A stretch of 63,340 nucleotides of DNA, the filler included, from Olpidium bornovanus S191 (lineage: Eukaryota > Fungi > Olpidiomycota): the NCBI GenBank assembly GCA_017911155.1. It is 30 parts of 30 records of this genome, joined end to end, with 100 filler letters (N's around TTAATTAATTAA, not from the genome) between each part and the next. Parts side by side here need not be neighbours in the genome. Positions count along the whole stretch, not along the records: positions 1 to 4,254 come from JAEFCI010006685.1; positions 4,355 to 7,223 come from JAEFCI010001924.1; positions 7,324 to 9,213 come from JAEFCI010007237.1; positions 9,314 to 11,552 come from JAEFCI010011600.1; 26 more parts are not named here. One strand, written 5' to 3'. The notes under the pieces are model-generated. The model did no database searches, had not been told where the DNA came from, and saw only the letters and a list, made by a program, of their open reading frames with translations. This document shows, piece after piece, positions 1-11,652 of this stretch. The translations under genes were made by a program, and so were the position numbers. Each line of letters starts with the position of its first letter. Position 1 is the first letter of the stretch.

Positions 1-370
1 GCATGTACTTCTAGCAGAAAGGAACCCCCGACTGCGCTGAGGCCGTACCGTTCATCGTGGTCGCCTCCCCGCGTTCAAGCGAAGTGCAACCCCGAGAACC
101 CAAGAGGACAATCCGAGGACGCGCCGTGACATCGAGTGAGAGATACGGGACTTGCTGTCCCCTGTGAGTTTTGTTCGCAGTTAACGGCGCAGGGCCAACT
201 GGCCAGTCCGCGCTCTCGGGGCTGTAATTCTGCAGTTCACCCGAGTCGCCTCGGCAGTGCAAGTTGCAGTCCTTGCTTTCGGTTGCGTGGAAGATAACGA
301 CCCTGCTTGCGAAACACGTTTCCGACACGTCACGCTCCACATAGTGCGGATAACGGCGGAGACGTCAGGC

Positions 371-1527
371 ATGGCGCCAATAGTTGGAGGCGGCGGCGTG
401 ATAGACGACGAACTTAACCAGGTACATTCGATACTGCGCACAATTTACCAGATGCGCACAAACAACCCTGATGCGTTGCGATCCCCGTATCAACCTAGTT
501 CCCGCTGCGTTTTACAGGAGATAAAGCTGTGGAGCAGCACCAAAGAGCGGGAGGAATACGATTCGATGGCAGACGTCTACGCCATCATACAAACCGTGGA
601 GCACCTGGAGAGGGCATGGATTGGTGGGGTCGTGAAAGCGGATGAGTACGTGAGCTCGCGGCGTTATGGTCGGTTGGGCGTCAACCAACTGACGTACGTT
701 TCTCACTCCACAACGCGGAATACTCAGGTACACAAGCGCGTGCGCAAGGCTCATATCGCAATTCAGGATTGCGCGACGGTACGTTCCAGACGTCGAAGAT
801 TTCATGAGACGGTACGAGGTAAAAAAAAACAATATTATCTGTATTGTCCAGCCACTTCGCCCGTTCCCACTCAGTGCCGTCCGCCGTACTGACTGATCAG
901 TCCGCCAAGCGATTTAACCACCTGCATCGACCCGTCCCTCCACACTGCTCCCTGACAAGCTCAACTGCCCGAGGGCGGTGCACCGGCTCTTGAAAATCGG
1001 CGTGCCGGCGACGACGGAGCATGCGGTGCCCAACGAGCAATCGCAGTACGCGCGGCACATTGCGGACGCGGCCGCCTGTTTTATTACGGCCGCGAACCAA
1101 GTGCAGCTCAAGCTAGCCACGTCTGAGGTGCTGCATCCGGTTTTGAGCGATTTGATGAGGTCGGTAAACCGGATCCCCACGTTGCCCCCGAAGTTCGAGG
1201 GCAAGGAAAAGATAAAAGATTGGTAGGTCTGATTTTCCCCAGCCCATCAAATCCGATTGATAGGATTGCGGTCGGAATCGCGGAGCGCGACCCCAGTTTG
1301 CAGCGGCGGATGGATGCCCCAATCACGGTCAGACTAAAGTCTCATGCCTGGTTTGGCACAAACTAACTTCCCTACGCGCGAATTGCAGGCTCGTGACCCT
1401 GAACCAAATGAAGCCAACAGATTCGTTAACAGAAGACCAGGCGAGTCAGTTTGTATTTGACATGGAAAAGGCACACGGGGAGTTTTATGCTCTTCTTGAA
1501 AATCCTGGTAGCCAAAAGACATATTGA
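371..1527 (+). CDS. VPS28: ESCRT-I subunit Vps28, apparently complete, 5 exons
   Basis: Spliced translation MAPIV...DELNQ|EIKLWSSTKEREEYDSMADVYAIIQTVEHLERAW...|YTSACARLISQF...|LNCPRAVHRL...CFITAANQVQL...LHPVLSDLMRSVNRIPTLPPKFEGKEKIKDW|LVTLNQMKPTDSLTEDQASQFVFDMEKAH* matches Vps28 N- and C-terminal domains; GT-AG introns (first 422-517). Confidence 0.93.
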
Positions 1528-4254
1528 GAAGCAATATGGCAAAGATATCCTACTTTGCCACGCATCAAGCCGTGTCGGCGTACCTAAACTTTATGTTAGG
1601 AGTTTTCTGGTCGATCTGCATTTGTCGTGAAGGCAATTACGAAGTGTGCTTGCATGCATGCAACAAGTCAAATAAGCTTAGTGGACAGAATTTAAAGCTG
1701 TTTCCGTGTGATAAAAACCAAGTGCTAACAAACATTGTCATTTTTGTGTTCCTTAATATACCTTGGCGCAACTGTGTCATCTAGGACCATGCTGTGATTT
1801 TTTTCACTGATCTGCGTTTGCTGTTCCATTGAAATTTCCCAGACGTGGACAATCAAGTTCCCCAGATTATCGTCACCACCCGCTTCCACGCTTCACTTGA
1901 TATGAAATTTACGTGAAACAGAATAAAAGGTTTACTTGACAAACGGCACCCTGGGATGTTCATGTTTTTCCAAAAGGGCCCTTAAGGGGCTCCGCCAGAG
2001 CGCCCGCTGCTGAGACGAGAGCTCCGTACCTGGGCTTTGTTCTGGTCCAGGACGAGCGCTGCCTCTACAATCTCCGCAAATTGGCACACGACAACAACGG
2101 TTACAACTGCTTGTTCGAGACGACACCACAAGTGCCAAAGGGAGGGTCCATGACCGCGAGCGCGAGCTCAACCGAGATGGGGGGCGTGCCTAAGATATGG
2201 TGCCGGTGCCAGTTAATGAAAAATTCGAGTCGCGCCCCGTGAATCTAATTGGTGGGTCGCGGTGAGAATTCGAAACTTCCCGATCTGCGGCAAACGAGAA
2301 AGTTGAGGTTTTATTCAAGAGCGTTCATAATGTAACCAAACAGTGAAAAATGCGGATGATATCATTTTTAAGTTGATGGTTGGTGGTGCCGCGGTGAACG
2401 CAGAAAACCGCCAGTGGAAAATGTGATATGCCGTTTAGAGCGAGGGTTTTGTGTGACGCCGGGCTTCGTTGGGAAGAACAGTTTTTGACACGGGTGACAC
2501 GCCCTGGCGCGACGGTAGGGCGGAGGGCCGGACGCGGTTGCGGCGCGGGGGGCCGGGGTGCGGGTGGGAGTCGATGGGGGGCGGCGCCTTTTTTCGACTT
2601 TTCGTTTCGCCTCACAGGACAGACGTGTTCTAAAAAAAAAAACCACTCAAAAAGGACATTTGGATGCCTTCACATCTCGAAAATGGCTTACTTGACCCCC
2701 TCCCATATATTGAAATGCGCCTGTCGTTTTCTAACGTCGCATAATCGGCTACAGGCCGATTCTGAGCGTAATAGAACGAATTTTCCGTTGCCGCGCAAGA
2801 TATGGACGCTTGCCGCGCACGATATCGCCGTTGCCAGCCCCCCCCCCACCCAACTTCCCCTCCCCCCACACCCCCCCAAAAAAAAATCTAGAAAACGAAG
2901 AACGCCGAACGGGTTCCTGTCCCGCACCGTCACGCGAACGAAGCCATTGACGGGTGCGTTTACCCTTCCAGAAGCCTCTCGAGGCCGTAGAGGCAAATCG
3001 GGCCATCTTGGATCCCGCCGTCCCGGTCGTCAACGCTTCTTAGTGTTCACGACAGTGTTGGCCAGCGTGCCTACGGCCCAGGCTTTCATGACGGAAATCG
3101 CGCTCGCCGTTCTCCCGCGCAGCCATCCCCGCCTTTGACGTATCGCAAAAAAAAAAAAAAAAAAAAAAAAAACACGCCTTCGAAGCAGCGGATGGGACGA
3201 AATGACAGGTCTTCGACAGCGGATTCGTCATCAGCAAGTCTCAGATTTGGCGGCATTGCCCGAGACGGCCGCGGCGAGCACATCTCCCAAGACGGCCGCA
3301 ACGACGGCATTTTCCGAGGCAGCCGCAACCGCTGGCGCTGACTCTCCAACGAGCGCATCTGCGAGCTTCGAACCAATAATGTAATGGATAAAATTGTCAA
3401 GTCAATCTGAGACGGCCGCGATGGGCAATTTGGCAGCGTCTGGGATGGCGTCTGAGATGGCGAAGGCGGCGGTGGGACGGGAACGGGGACGGGCCCGGAC
3501 TGCATATATTATTCGCGTATTTAACACCGAGCCCGTCAAGCCAGACCCCCCTTCCTGCCTTTGCACCAGCAGAGCATACCACATATTGAAGCCCAAAAGA
3601 AAGAGATTGACAGAGATTAAACTGGCCAATGGAGGCCGTTTTGTAACTGACGTTGTTTCTATTGGTCTCTCATACAAAATGTATGTGAGACGTACGTGTC
3701 CTGATGTTTGGGCGCACGAAGGGATACATACATAATATTGCACCCGCTGCGGCATTTGCCGGTTCGGCGGAGAAAAAGTGGAAGTACCGGCACGCATCTC
3801 CCAGCACCGGATGACTCGTGCCGCACAGAGGTCAGTTACCTCGCTCGTTACCGAGAATTCGAACTTGCGATAGGGCTGTCTCGCCCTACTGTGAGAAAAT
3901 CGACGAAAACAATTACGCCGGAAAGGGTGGACATCAACCTCTTCTCCTGCGCGCTGGCCACCCGGGCGCCTTAAAGCTGAGCTCCCTTCCGGCGCCGTCC
4001 TCGACCGTCCCTCTCTCTCTCACCCCACCCCCCCTTCCGCGGCGGTTATTTTCTGCCAAGGGGGCGCCCTGTTACCGAGGAGCGAGAGCACTTTTCCCGG
4101 CCGGGGAAGGGGAGGAGATGTTTCCGGGGACCAATGTCGCTGGGGCCTTGTGGGCAGGGCAGGTAAGGGGGGCGGGGCGGGCAAGGGGGCGGCGGGGGGG
4201 GGGGGGGGGGGGGGTTCCCCCCCCCCCCCCCCCGCCCAAGGGGGGCCCCCCCCC

Positions 4255-4354
4255 NNNNNNNNNNNNNNNNNNNNNNNNNNNNNNNNNNNNNNNNNNNNTT
4301 AATTAATTAANNNNNNNNNNNNNNNNNNNNNNNNNNNNNNNNNNNNNNNNNNNN
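4255..4354. other. Artificial contig spacer N44-TTAATTAATTAA-N44 (first of 29)
   Basis: Identical 100-nt block with stops in all six frames. Other copies start at 7224, 9214, 11553, 13003, 15359, 16604, 18168, 19575, 23678, 24999, 26234, 27348, 28580, 30603, 32340, 34859, 36368, 38664, 43382, 45928, 48528, 51516, 53615, 54807, 56603, 57947, 59286, 61286. Confidence 0.99.
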
Positions 4355-4673
4355 CAACGTGCATTTCCGAATAATGTAAATTGGAGGGTGTACCAGTCAC
4401 TTTTGAGATATGCGTGAGAATCAAACGACTCCACCCCCGTTTTCCACAGTTTGAGGCAACGTGAGGCCTGACATGAGAACCAAACCCGCGCCCCTTTGGC
4501 TGGTGCACAACTGGTGCGCAGTGCCCTAAAAGGTCACACTGGCTCGGCTCAGAGGCTGGTCGTGTGGGAATTCAGCGATTTGCCTTTCGCCATCTTATCC
4601 CTCGAGTTGTCCACGTGAAGCCTGAAACAAAGAAGCCGTAATATTTATGTCAACATGGCCTCCTGCCACAAAA

Positions 4674-4747
4674 GGGAGAACCGATGAAGCAGCCTCGATT
4701 CAAGGGCGCCGGGAGAACCGATGAAGCAGCCTCGATTCAAGGGCGCC
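4674..4747. repeat. Perfect 37-bp tandem duplication
   Basis: GGGAGAACCGATGAAGCAGCCTCGATTCAAGGGCGCC at 4674-4710 and 4711-4747. Confidence 0.95.
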
Positions 4748-5139
4748 GGCAATGTAGGAAACAGCAATCGTGAAGTTGAACCTCAAGCGTGAACAGCCGG
4801 TCAAAAAGCGCTTGCACCGGAACCAATTATCATGGAGTATAGCGAGGTGAACGAAAGGTAACTACGACGGCCATCGGTGGAGAAAGAAAACTGCGGGGAT
4901 CGAAAACATGATCTACGAGCCGGCAATTTTCTCCAACGCAGCGTATATGTGGCCAAAAGCGACTCTTGGCAAGCCATGACAGGCCATCAGTTCACGCTAT
5001 GTATTATTGATGGAACAAGCATTAAAGCGGGTAAGTAGCCGGCTCCGCTTTACGTGACGAAACTAGCTGACCGAGGGAACGAAATTGAGGGTTAACAGAA
5101 AAAACGCATAGAAGAACCTGCCTTGACATTAGAACTTTT

Positions 5140-6496
5140 TTACTGGTGGTCGTTCTCCGCTTCAGCCTCTCGGCCCGCAGTTTGCCCGTTATCACCGTTC
5201 AAAGAATCAAGCGAGTTTGCCACCGGCGACAGCCCCGTCGGTCCAGGGTCCATCTTCTGACCGGTCGAGCGAGTCGTGCGCCTTGGGGAGAGAGGGTCAG
5301 CAGACCGGCCAGGACGAGGCGACGGGCTGGGCGACGCGCCTTCGGGCCGGCGCAAGGCCGGACCCGGGCTTCCTGGTTTGCCGAGTAGGGCCGGCGACCT
5401 CGCACCAGGGGGTGTCATTGAGACGCGGCGCCTGCGCGGCGTTCCCGGGGTGGGCGACCTTCCAGGTGACCGCCGGGTGCGCCCTACGGTACCTCGCCCC
5501 CTAGGCGGTGTCTCAATTCTGCGCCACCTCCCACGTGACCCCGACCTGGCACGCGGACTGCGACTGGAGGATCGCCCCCGGGAATGTGAGCGGCGGGAGC
5601 GTTTGGGGGGTGTCCAGGACCCACCGCGCGAGCCTGAACTGCGGGCTCGGCGCTCCGGGCTGCGGTACCGACGATCACGGCGCGGCGCCGGGCTCCTGCT
5701 CCTACTCCTGCCACGGCCGTACGGGGAGCACCCGCGCGCCGGGAAGCGGCGTCGGTCGTAGCCTCGCGGGCTGCGCGGAGGGGTTCTGGAGCGATAGCGG
5801 CTGAAATAAAACAATGTCGCAAATCCGCTCAGCTCGCAACTTTGTGCCTTACATTAGAGAATTCGAGGCACTTACCGGTAAGGAGGATCCCGCGGTTTGT
5901 AACCGCGACCCTGGCTGAATTCCACAGTGATTTTATACCCCGGTTGGATATAGGTTCCATGCAGGTCTTTAATCGCGTATTCAGCGTCCCGACGGTCGCT
6001 GAAGTCGACAAAGGCAAAGTCTGCGACAAGCGAGTACAGCAAAAGCGTAAAGAGTTCAAGCAGTCGTATTGTCCTTGGGGGCCGGCTTATTCTGGCGAAT
6101 GCTTCCCGGTCAAAACCCCGCTCTTTCAGGACGCCCACACCGCGGAAAGGACGAGACCGCAACACGAGGAAGTAGCGTCGCCGCTCACAATCCGAACGCT
6201 GCTTCTAGGACACCTCTCTCGTCCGGCCAGTCGAAGACTTACTGAAGTGAGGACGCGGCTGAGCGTGCGCAAAACAAAATCCCCCAAACCGTTCCCTGTC
6301 AATGGAGGATCGCTGCCGTTTCCGTAGTTTCGGCGACAAAGGCGGAGAACACGTGGAACCGGCAATCACACGTTGGAGACCTCACCTTGAAGTCGATGTC
6401 ATCGTAAGGCCCATAACCGGCCACCAGGCGCTCGATGTCCCTCCTATCGAAACTCGTCGGCAGGCCGCCGAAGAAAACAGTGCCCGGACGCGGCAT
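5140..6496 (-). CDS. SR-family splicing factor (one RRM + long RS domain)
   Basis: MPRPGTVFFGGLPTSFDRRDIERLVAGYGPYDDIDFK ... FAFVDFSDRRDAEYAIKDLHG...ITVEFSQG (RNP2/RNP1 motifs), followed by an RS/RSRSP-rich exon 5140-~5800. A microexon is needed to keep frame (see findings). Confidence 0.88.
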
Positions 6497-7488
6497 CTTC
6501 GCTAACACGGGTTCAGCAGCCTAAAGCGCGCGGACGTCCCTCGTGGACAAACACGCCGCGACGATCGTCCACCCAGAATCGAAGCACCACAGTCCGCTAT
6601 TCACAAGAAATTGCGGAGGCACCCAGGAAGACAGCCCGCCGCGGCAACGCCAGGAAACGCGGGGCAAACGGGGACCACCTTTTGTCGTGCCCTCCGCCCC
6701 TGACCACTTCAAGCGGAGCAGCCGCTGACCCGGAAGCAGAAGGGGGGGGTGGGAGGGGGTGTGCGGGGGGCGGTGAAGAGGGGAAGCGAAGGCAAGCCTT
6801 CCTTTGAACCGGGACCCGATTGCGCGGGCGAGCGCGGGGCAGGCAGGGGAAGGGTGGGCGGGGTTGGCGCGCGCTCCCGCGTGTTTTGCGCTGCCGGCTG
6901 TGCGCGGCAACCCGGGCAGACTTGGGTATTCCGGGGCAAGGCGGTATTATTTTTTTATTTTTTTTTTATTATTATTATTTTTTTTTTCTCGTTTGTGCCG
7001 GGGCGTGGGGTCATTCAAGCGCGTCTTTTTTTTCGCCACCAACGAAGAGCCCACCCTCTCAGTCACCAAATCGAAAACAAAACCAGACAAAGTGCATTTA
7101 CGGGCACGGAGACTTGCTGTTCGGCTTGTGGCATTTGAAGCGCGTTGTTTCTTAAATAAAGACGAACACCAGGGAAAGTGCTGTTCGGCTTGTAAAGTAC
7201 AACAAAACGTTTTGGCGTTCATGNNNNNNNNNNNNNNNNNNNNNNNNNNNNNNNNNNNNNNNNNNNNTTAATTAATTAANNNNNNNNNNNNNNNNNNNNN
7301 NNNNNNNNNNNNNNNNNNNNNNNCAGGGGGGAGATAGTGCACCGCGCCCACCCGGGTTTTCCCCTGAAATCCTCTCTATAAAATAGGGTAGACTCCCGGA
7401 ATAGAGCAGCTCCCGAGAGCTCCTTTCGAACGCAGAATTCAACACTTCCTCCCCCCCCCCCCCCGGGCCCCGGGGGGGGGGGGGGGGG

Positions 7489-7529
<41 letters not shown>

Positions 7530-8257
7530 AGGAAAAGAAAAGAGAGAAACCGAAAGGGCCCGACGCCCGCTGATTTCCAACGGACTTCCGCTTTCCGCGC
7601 TTGCGTGCTCGCCGGGACCATCCCCGCCACCCAGCAGGCTCCTCCCCTCCTCGTCCCGTGAGTGACGTGCAGCGGACCCCCCCTTTCCTTCCTCCCACCC
7701 AGCCGCAGAAAGCCCGACTGCGCTTCGTCTCCCGCTCGCCCGGCCCGCCCGGTGCTCGGCGCCCCCGCCGCGTCTGTGCGGAACAAGCCCGGGCCGCGCT
7801 GGGCGCCTTGTGCCGTCGTCTGCGGCGCGCGTTTCCGCTGTCGCCCTTTCCCCTCTTGACGGCGATACGCTCTTCGCAGCGTCGCGCGCTTTTAGCCGCC
7901 AGGAGGATATCCCTTGCTGACGCAATCGACCTCGCTTTGCCGGTTTGTTCGAAAGCTCGAAAAACGAAGAAACAAAAACGTTTTTCCCTTTTCACTTTCC
8001 CACGCAAAAAACCGATGGTACGTGCTGGTGGGGGGGTTTTATTTTCGCAGAGGCCGGCTTCTTGCGAACCGCCTTGGGACCTTGTGCCCGGACGGGGCAC
8101 CCAGGAGGTCCGCCGGCTGGTCACACGCGCGGTCGGCACCAAAAACGCATCGGTCGTGACGAGAATGAACCCGTCTTTTCGGCGGCGAGTCCCATCTCGG
8201 ATTGACACATTAATTGTGAGCCGTGTTTTTCTCTGCGGGGTGGAAAAAACCTGTTAG

Positions 8258-9213
8258 ACCGTCCAATCTCGCCGCCGTGCACAGGGAGGCGGCCTGTTTA
8301 GCACTGCACAGGCCGGAAGCACTATCTTCCTTGGTGGAGGATCCTCTCGGAATAGCTATGTCTCACGGAAGGCCAAAAGTACGCCATACGGCTCCCTCGT
8401 AACGGTGCCATTAGCTGCGAAGGTACAAGGGGGTAGCAAGATCATCGTGAACAATCTGCACTCTCACGTCACCGAGGACGACTTGAAGGTAGGAAGCATG
8501 GTCAAAAACATTGGCCACTTCCAACGCTGAACCGATGGCAGTCGCTGTCAGCTCGGGCAGCATTGAACACGAACGTCTAAGTCGGGGAGGGGTTTATGAA
8601 CGCAAACGAAGGTGGACGGTACAATGCGTCTTGGCCCGTGCCACGCTGGCATAAAGAAGGAAAAATGGTCGTTCAACGAGGCGGAGATTCGGAACGGACT
8701 TGCGCTAGAGATCGTAGCGACGCATCCGTCGTACATGGCTGATGTGGCATTTGACGACGTTTCTTCCCTGTTGTGCATGTCCCACGCACACACCGGTTTT
8801 CCAAACAATTTTTTTTGATTTGCCTGGTTCCCAGGAGCTTTTCTCTACGCAAGTCGCACCGCTGAAGAGAGTCATGCTCAGTTTTGACGCATCGGGGAGG
8901 AGCAGGGGTGTCGCGGAAATCGCTTTCCGCGGCAGTGGAGACGCCACGATTGCGTGCCAGAAGTTCAACAAAGTCCTGCTCGACGGTGGGTACGAAGCCC
9001 TTTAGACTGTTGAAACATGTAATAAATTCTCACACAATGTCGTCAATTCGAAACGTTGCTTTTTGGTTTTTGATGGGGGAAAAAAGGGCGGCCCATGAAC
9101 ATTGAAATTGTTCTACAACCTAACCAGTTTAGGCGCAAAATAGTCGTCGGGTGCGTCGGTGTTCGAATTCTTTCCTGTTTTTCTGCTTCAAAGGCGTTAT
9201 AATCATTCTTTCC
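8258..9213 (+). CDS. YRA1: mRNA export adaptor Yra1/ALYREF, partial (start exon uncertain, 3' end off contig)
   Basis: GSKIIVNNLHSHVTEDDLK|ELFSTQVAPLKRVMLSFDASGRSRGVAEIAFRGSGDATIACQKFNKVLLD|GRPMNIEIV aligns with the fungal Yra1 RRM; introns 8489-8834 and ~8985-9086. Confidence 0.88.
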
Positions 9214-9313
9214 NNNNNNNNNNNNNNNNNNNNNNNNNNNNNNNNNNNNNNNNNNNNTTAATTAATTAANNNNNNNNNNNNNNNNNNNNNNNNNNNNNNN
9301 NNNNNNNNNNNNN

Positions 9314-11516
9314 CGGGAAGCTCGCAGCCGCCCCTGCGTCTCTGCATCAGTCGAGCAGCGCGTGTTCCGCCGTCCGGTTCCTCCGCGTTTGGCGCCGAAA
9401 GGCTCGTTTTCCGCTCCGAGAGATCGGTCCATGAAGTCGCTGATGGCAGGCTCGTACGTCCTGTCATGATCCGCAAACGAGGCGTGACGTGAGCGCTCTT
9501 CCTCCTTCCGCCGCAAAAAAGGTTCTCGCTGCGCATTTGCGCTCCAGCGAACCTAGTCCGGTGGAACGTCCGCATTACCACGACTTCCGTCCCGTTTCAG
9601 CTGCCGCCTGAGCGGCAAGGTCCCGTCGGAGGACCCTGAGCGCCCCGAAATGCGACCCCTTCCTGTTATCCGGCTGGGGCGGATCGCCAGCCGAGTGGTC
9701 AAACAGGTCGTCGAGCAGGCGGATAGGCACATGAAAGTTTCCACGCCGGCAGAACACGCGGGCGATGTAGATATAGAAGTTTTTGGAGTTGCACACGTTA
9801 CGGGTGAGCCAGCCTTCCCACCGGGGTACCAATCGACCGATCTTGGCCCACGCGAACTCGGCCGCGGAATCGGCCACGCGCTCGGTGAAAGCCTCCGCGC
9901 TCTCGTCCTCGGGGCCGGCGTGTGCCCGGACGGTTTCGTTCAGGAAAAGGTACTGCACCCCTAACGCGATCGACACGCTGGACAGCAGGGTTCCGGGTGT
10001 CGGCGGGTGGCCATCGTAGTACAACTCCGTCAACGACCTTATCGGTTGCAAATCAGCCGCCGTCCAGCAGTGCGCGGTATCCTTCCCTAGCGCGGCGGCA
10101 AGGCGGAATAACAGGGGCGCCTGCAGCGCGATGGCCATCTCGTCGTCGGCCTCCCCTGACGTCGCAAACTTTAAACGCAATACCTCCAGCGCCCGCGCTG
10201 CCAAAATGATTGCATGCCGGAGCGAGCTCCGGGCGAGGTGGTCCACCGCCTTGTCAAACTGCTCGGTGATATTTTCCCACTCAAGCGAGTCCCGCCACCG
10301 CAAAACCAGGTCTTCGCTCCGTCTGCAAGAGGTGAGGAAGTCGTACATATCGGTCACCGAGGCCGGCGTGCACGGGAACTCGTGCCGTGCTAGCTCCAGC
10401 GTCAGCTGTTGGGCCTGGGTCAAGGTAAACGAGCAAAACGTTTTCTCATTCAGCGGTTCGAACAAGAACGTGCTAAAAACCAAGCGGAAAGCAGCTTTCG
10501 AGAATCCAACCCACTTGGTGGTATGCCCGATGATAACGGCACACCGCAGCAAAGTCCTTGAGCTTCCTCGGATCGTCAAAAACAGCGTAAGCAAACGCGG
10601 TGGAGAGATGTTGCACGAGAACGGCCCTGTTGGTCCAACCATCCAAAAAGCGGAAAACACCAACTGAGCGGGTCAAACTCAAGGCAAACCGCCACCACCA
10701 ACAACTGGAAAGCTCGTTTGGCGGCAAGAACCGTGCGGTGGTGCAGCAACAAGAGTTCTTAACTGGAGCGCTGCTCACCGGCGCATGTAGGGCGGAATAG
10801 ATCGGTAGGTTCCCAAAGATCTCTGTATCGAAAGCCGCGACAGGGCGGGATCCGAAAGCGCCAGCGCCTCGCCGGCCGCGAACGCCGCGTGCGCGACGAG
10901 AGGAAGCGGCCGCTTTCGGCTGGCCAATGGTTCCGGGCCGAGCAACCGCAAACAGACGTTTAACTCGCCGGACAACGCGGCGAAGCCGCCGTCCGCGAGC
11001 GTCAGGGCGGCGTTGTCGGAGAGCACGCGGGGCAGCCCGGTCAGCCCCGGGACGAGAGTCTGCGCGTGCGACAGGACGGCGGAAGTCGGCGGGGTCCGGA
11101 GTCAGAAGCGGAAACGCGCGTGGTCGCGGAAACGGCACTCCGAAATTCGGCGGAGATCGACAGCGGGGAGGTTAAACGCGAGCTTCACCGCAGCGGCCGC
11201 ACGGAAGTGGGGAGGGGGGGGTGGGGGGAAGGGGGTTTCCGTACGCCGGGGCGGTACCGGGTGGTGGTAGGCCACGGACCTCGCCGACGGGCCGCAGGCG
11301 CCGCTTTCTGCCGTAGGTTGAGCAGAGCTTGCGGGGCCACGGATCCCCCGCCCCCGGGGAATCCTTCGCGCGGGGCCGCTGGCGCAGCTTTTCGAGCCCC
11401 TGCGCCCCGCAGCCGGCGGCGCGCGCGGCCGCGTTGATCGCGACGCTCGCCCTGTCCAGCAGCGCGGCGACGGTGTCGAGGCCGAGCGGCGGAGCAGGCC
11501 CGTCGCCGGCGCGCAT
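9314..11516 (-). CDS. Multi-exon hypothetical alpha-helical protein, partial
   Basis: Several protein-like segments bounded by GT/AG (e.g. VGVFRFLDGWTNRAVLVQHLSTAFAY...; AQQLTLELARHEFPCTPASVTDMYDFL...; SFADHDRTYEPAISDFMD). No family recognised. Confidence 0.5.
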
Positions 11517-11652
11517 GGTGTCGTCGGGGGGGGGGGGGGGGGGCGGAACGAGNNNNNNNNNNNNNNNNNNNNNNNNNNNNNNNNNNNNNNNNNNNNTTAA
11601 TTAATTAANNNNNNNNNNNNNNNNNNNNNNNNNNNNNNNNNNNNNNNNNNNN

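Noticed and set aside
2428-3138. 236-aa ORF
   Set aside because: Starts at a non-ATG codon, crosses poly-A and poly-C runs, and has no recognisable motif; likely a GC-rich chance ORF.
3255-3425. Three copies of (G/A)AGACGGCCGC(G/A) with Ala-rich readings on both strands
   Set aside because: Both strands are interrupted by stops, spacing is irregular and there are no convincing splice sites; insufficient to call a gene or array.
4190-4254. G-run/C-run inverted arrangements able to form perfect hairpins or G4 (also ~7447-7480, 30290-30390, 56545-56590)
   Set aside because: Concentrated at contig ends and low-quality stretches, with implausibly long runs; most simply amplification or sequencing slippage. 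Cannot be supported without reads.
4299-4310. TTAATTAATTAA palindrome recurring 29 times, superficially like a repeat array or regulatory site
   Set aside because: Always centred in identical N44 flanks; it is a six-frame-stop joining linker.
4674-4747. 37-bp repeat as a possible CRISPR repeat
   Set aside because: The copies are directly adjacent with no spacer, there are only two, and the context is eukaryotic.
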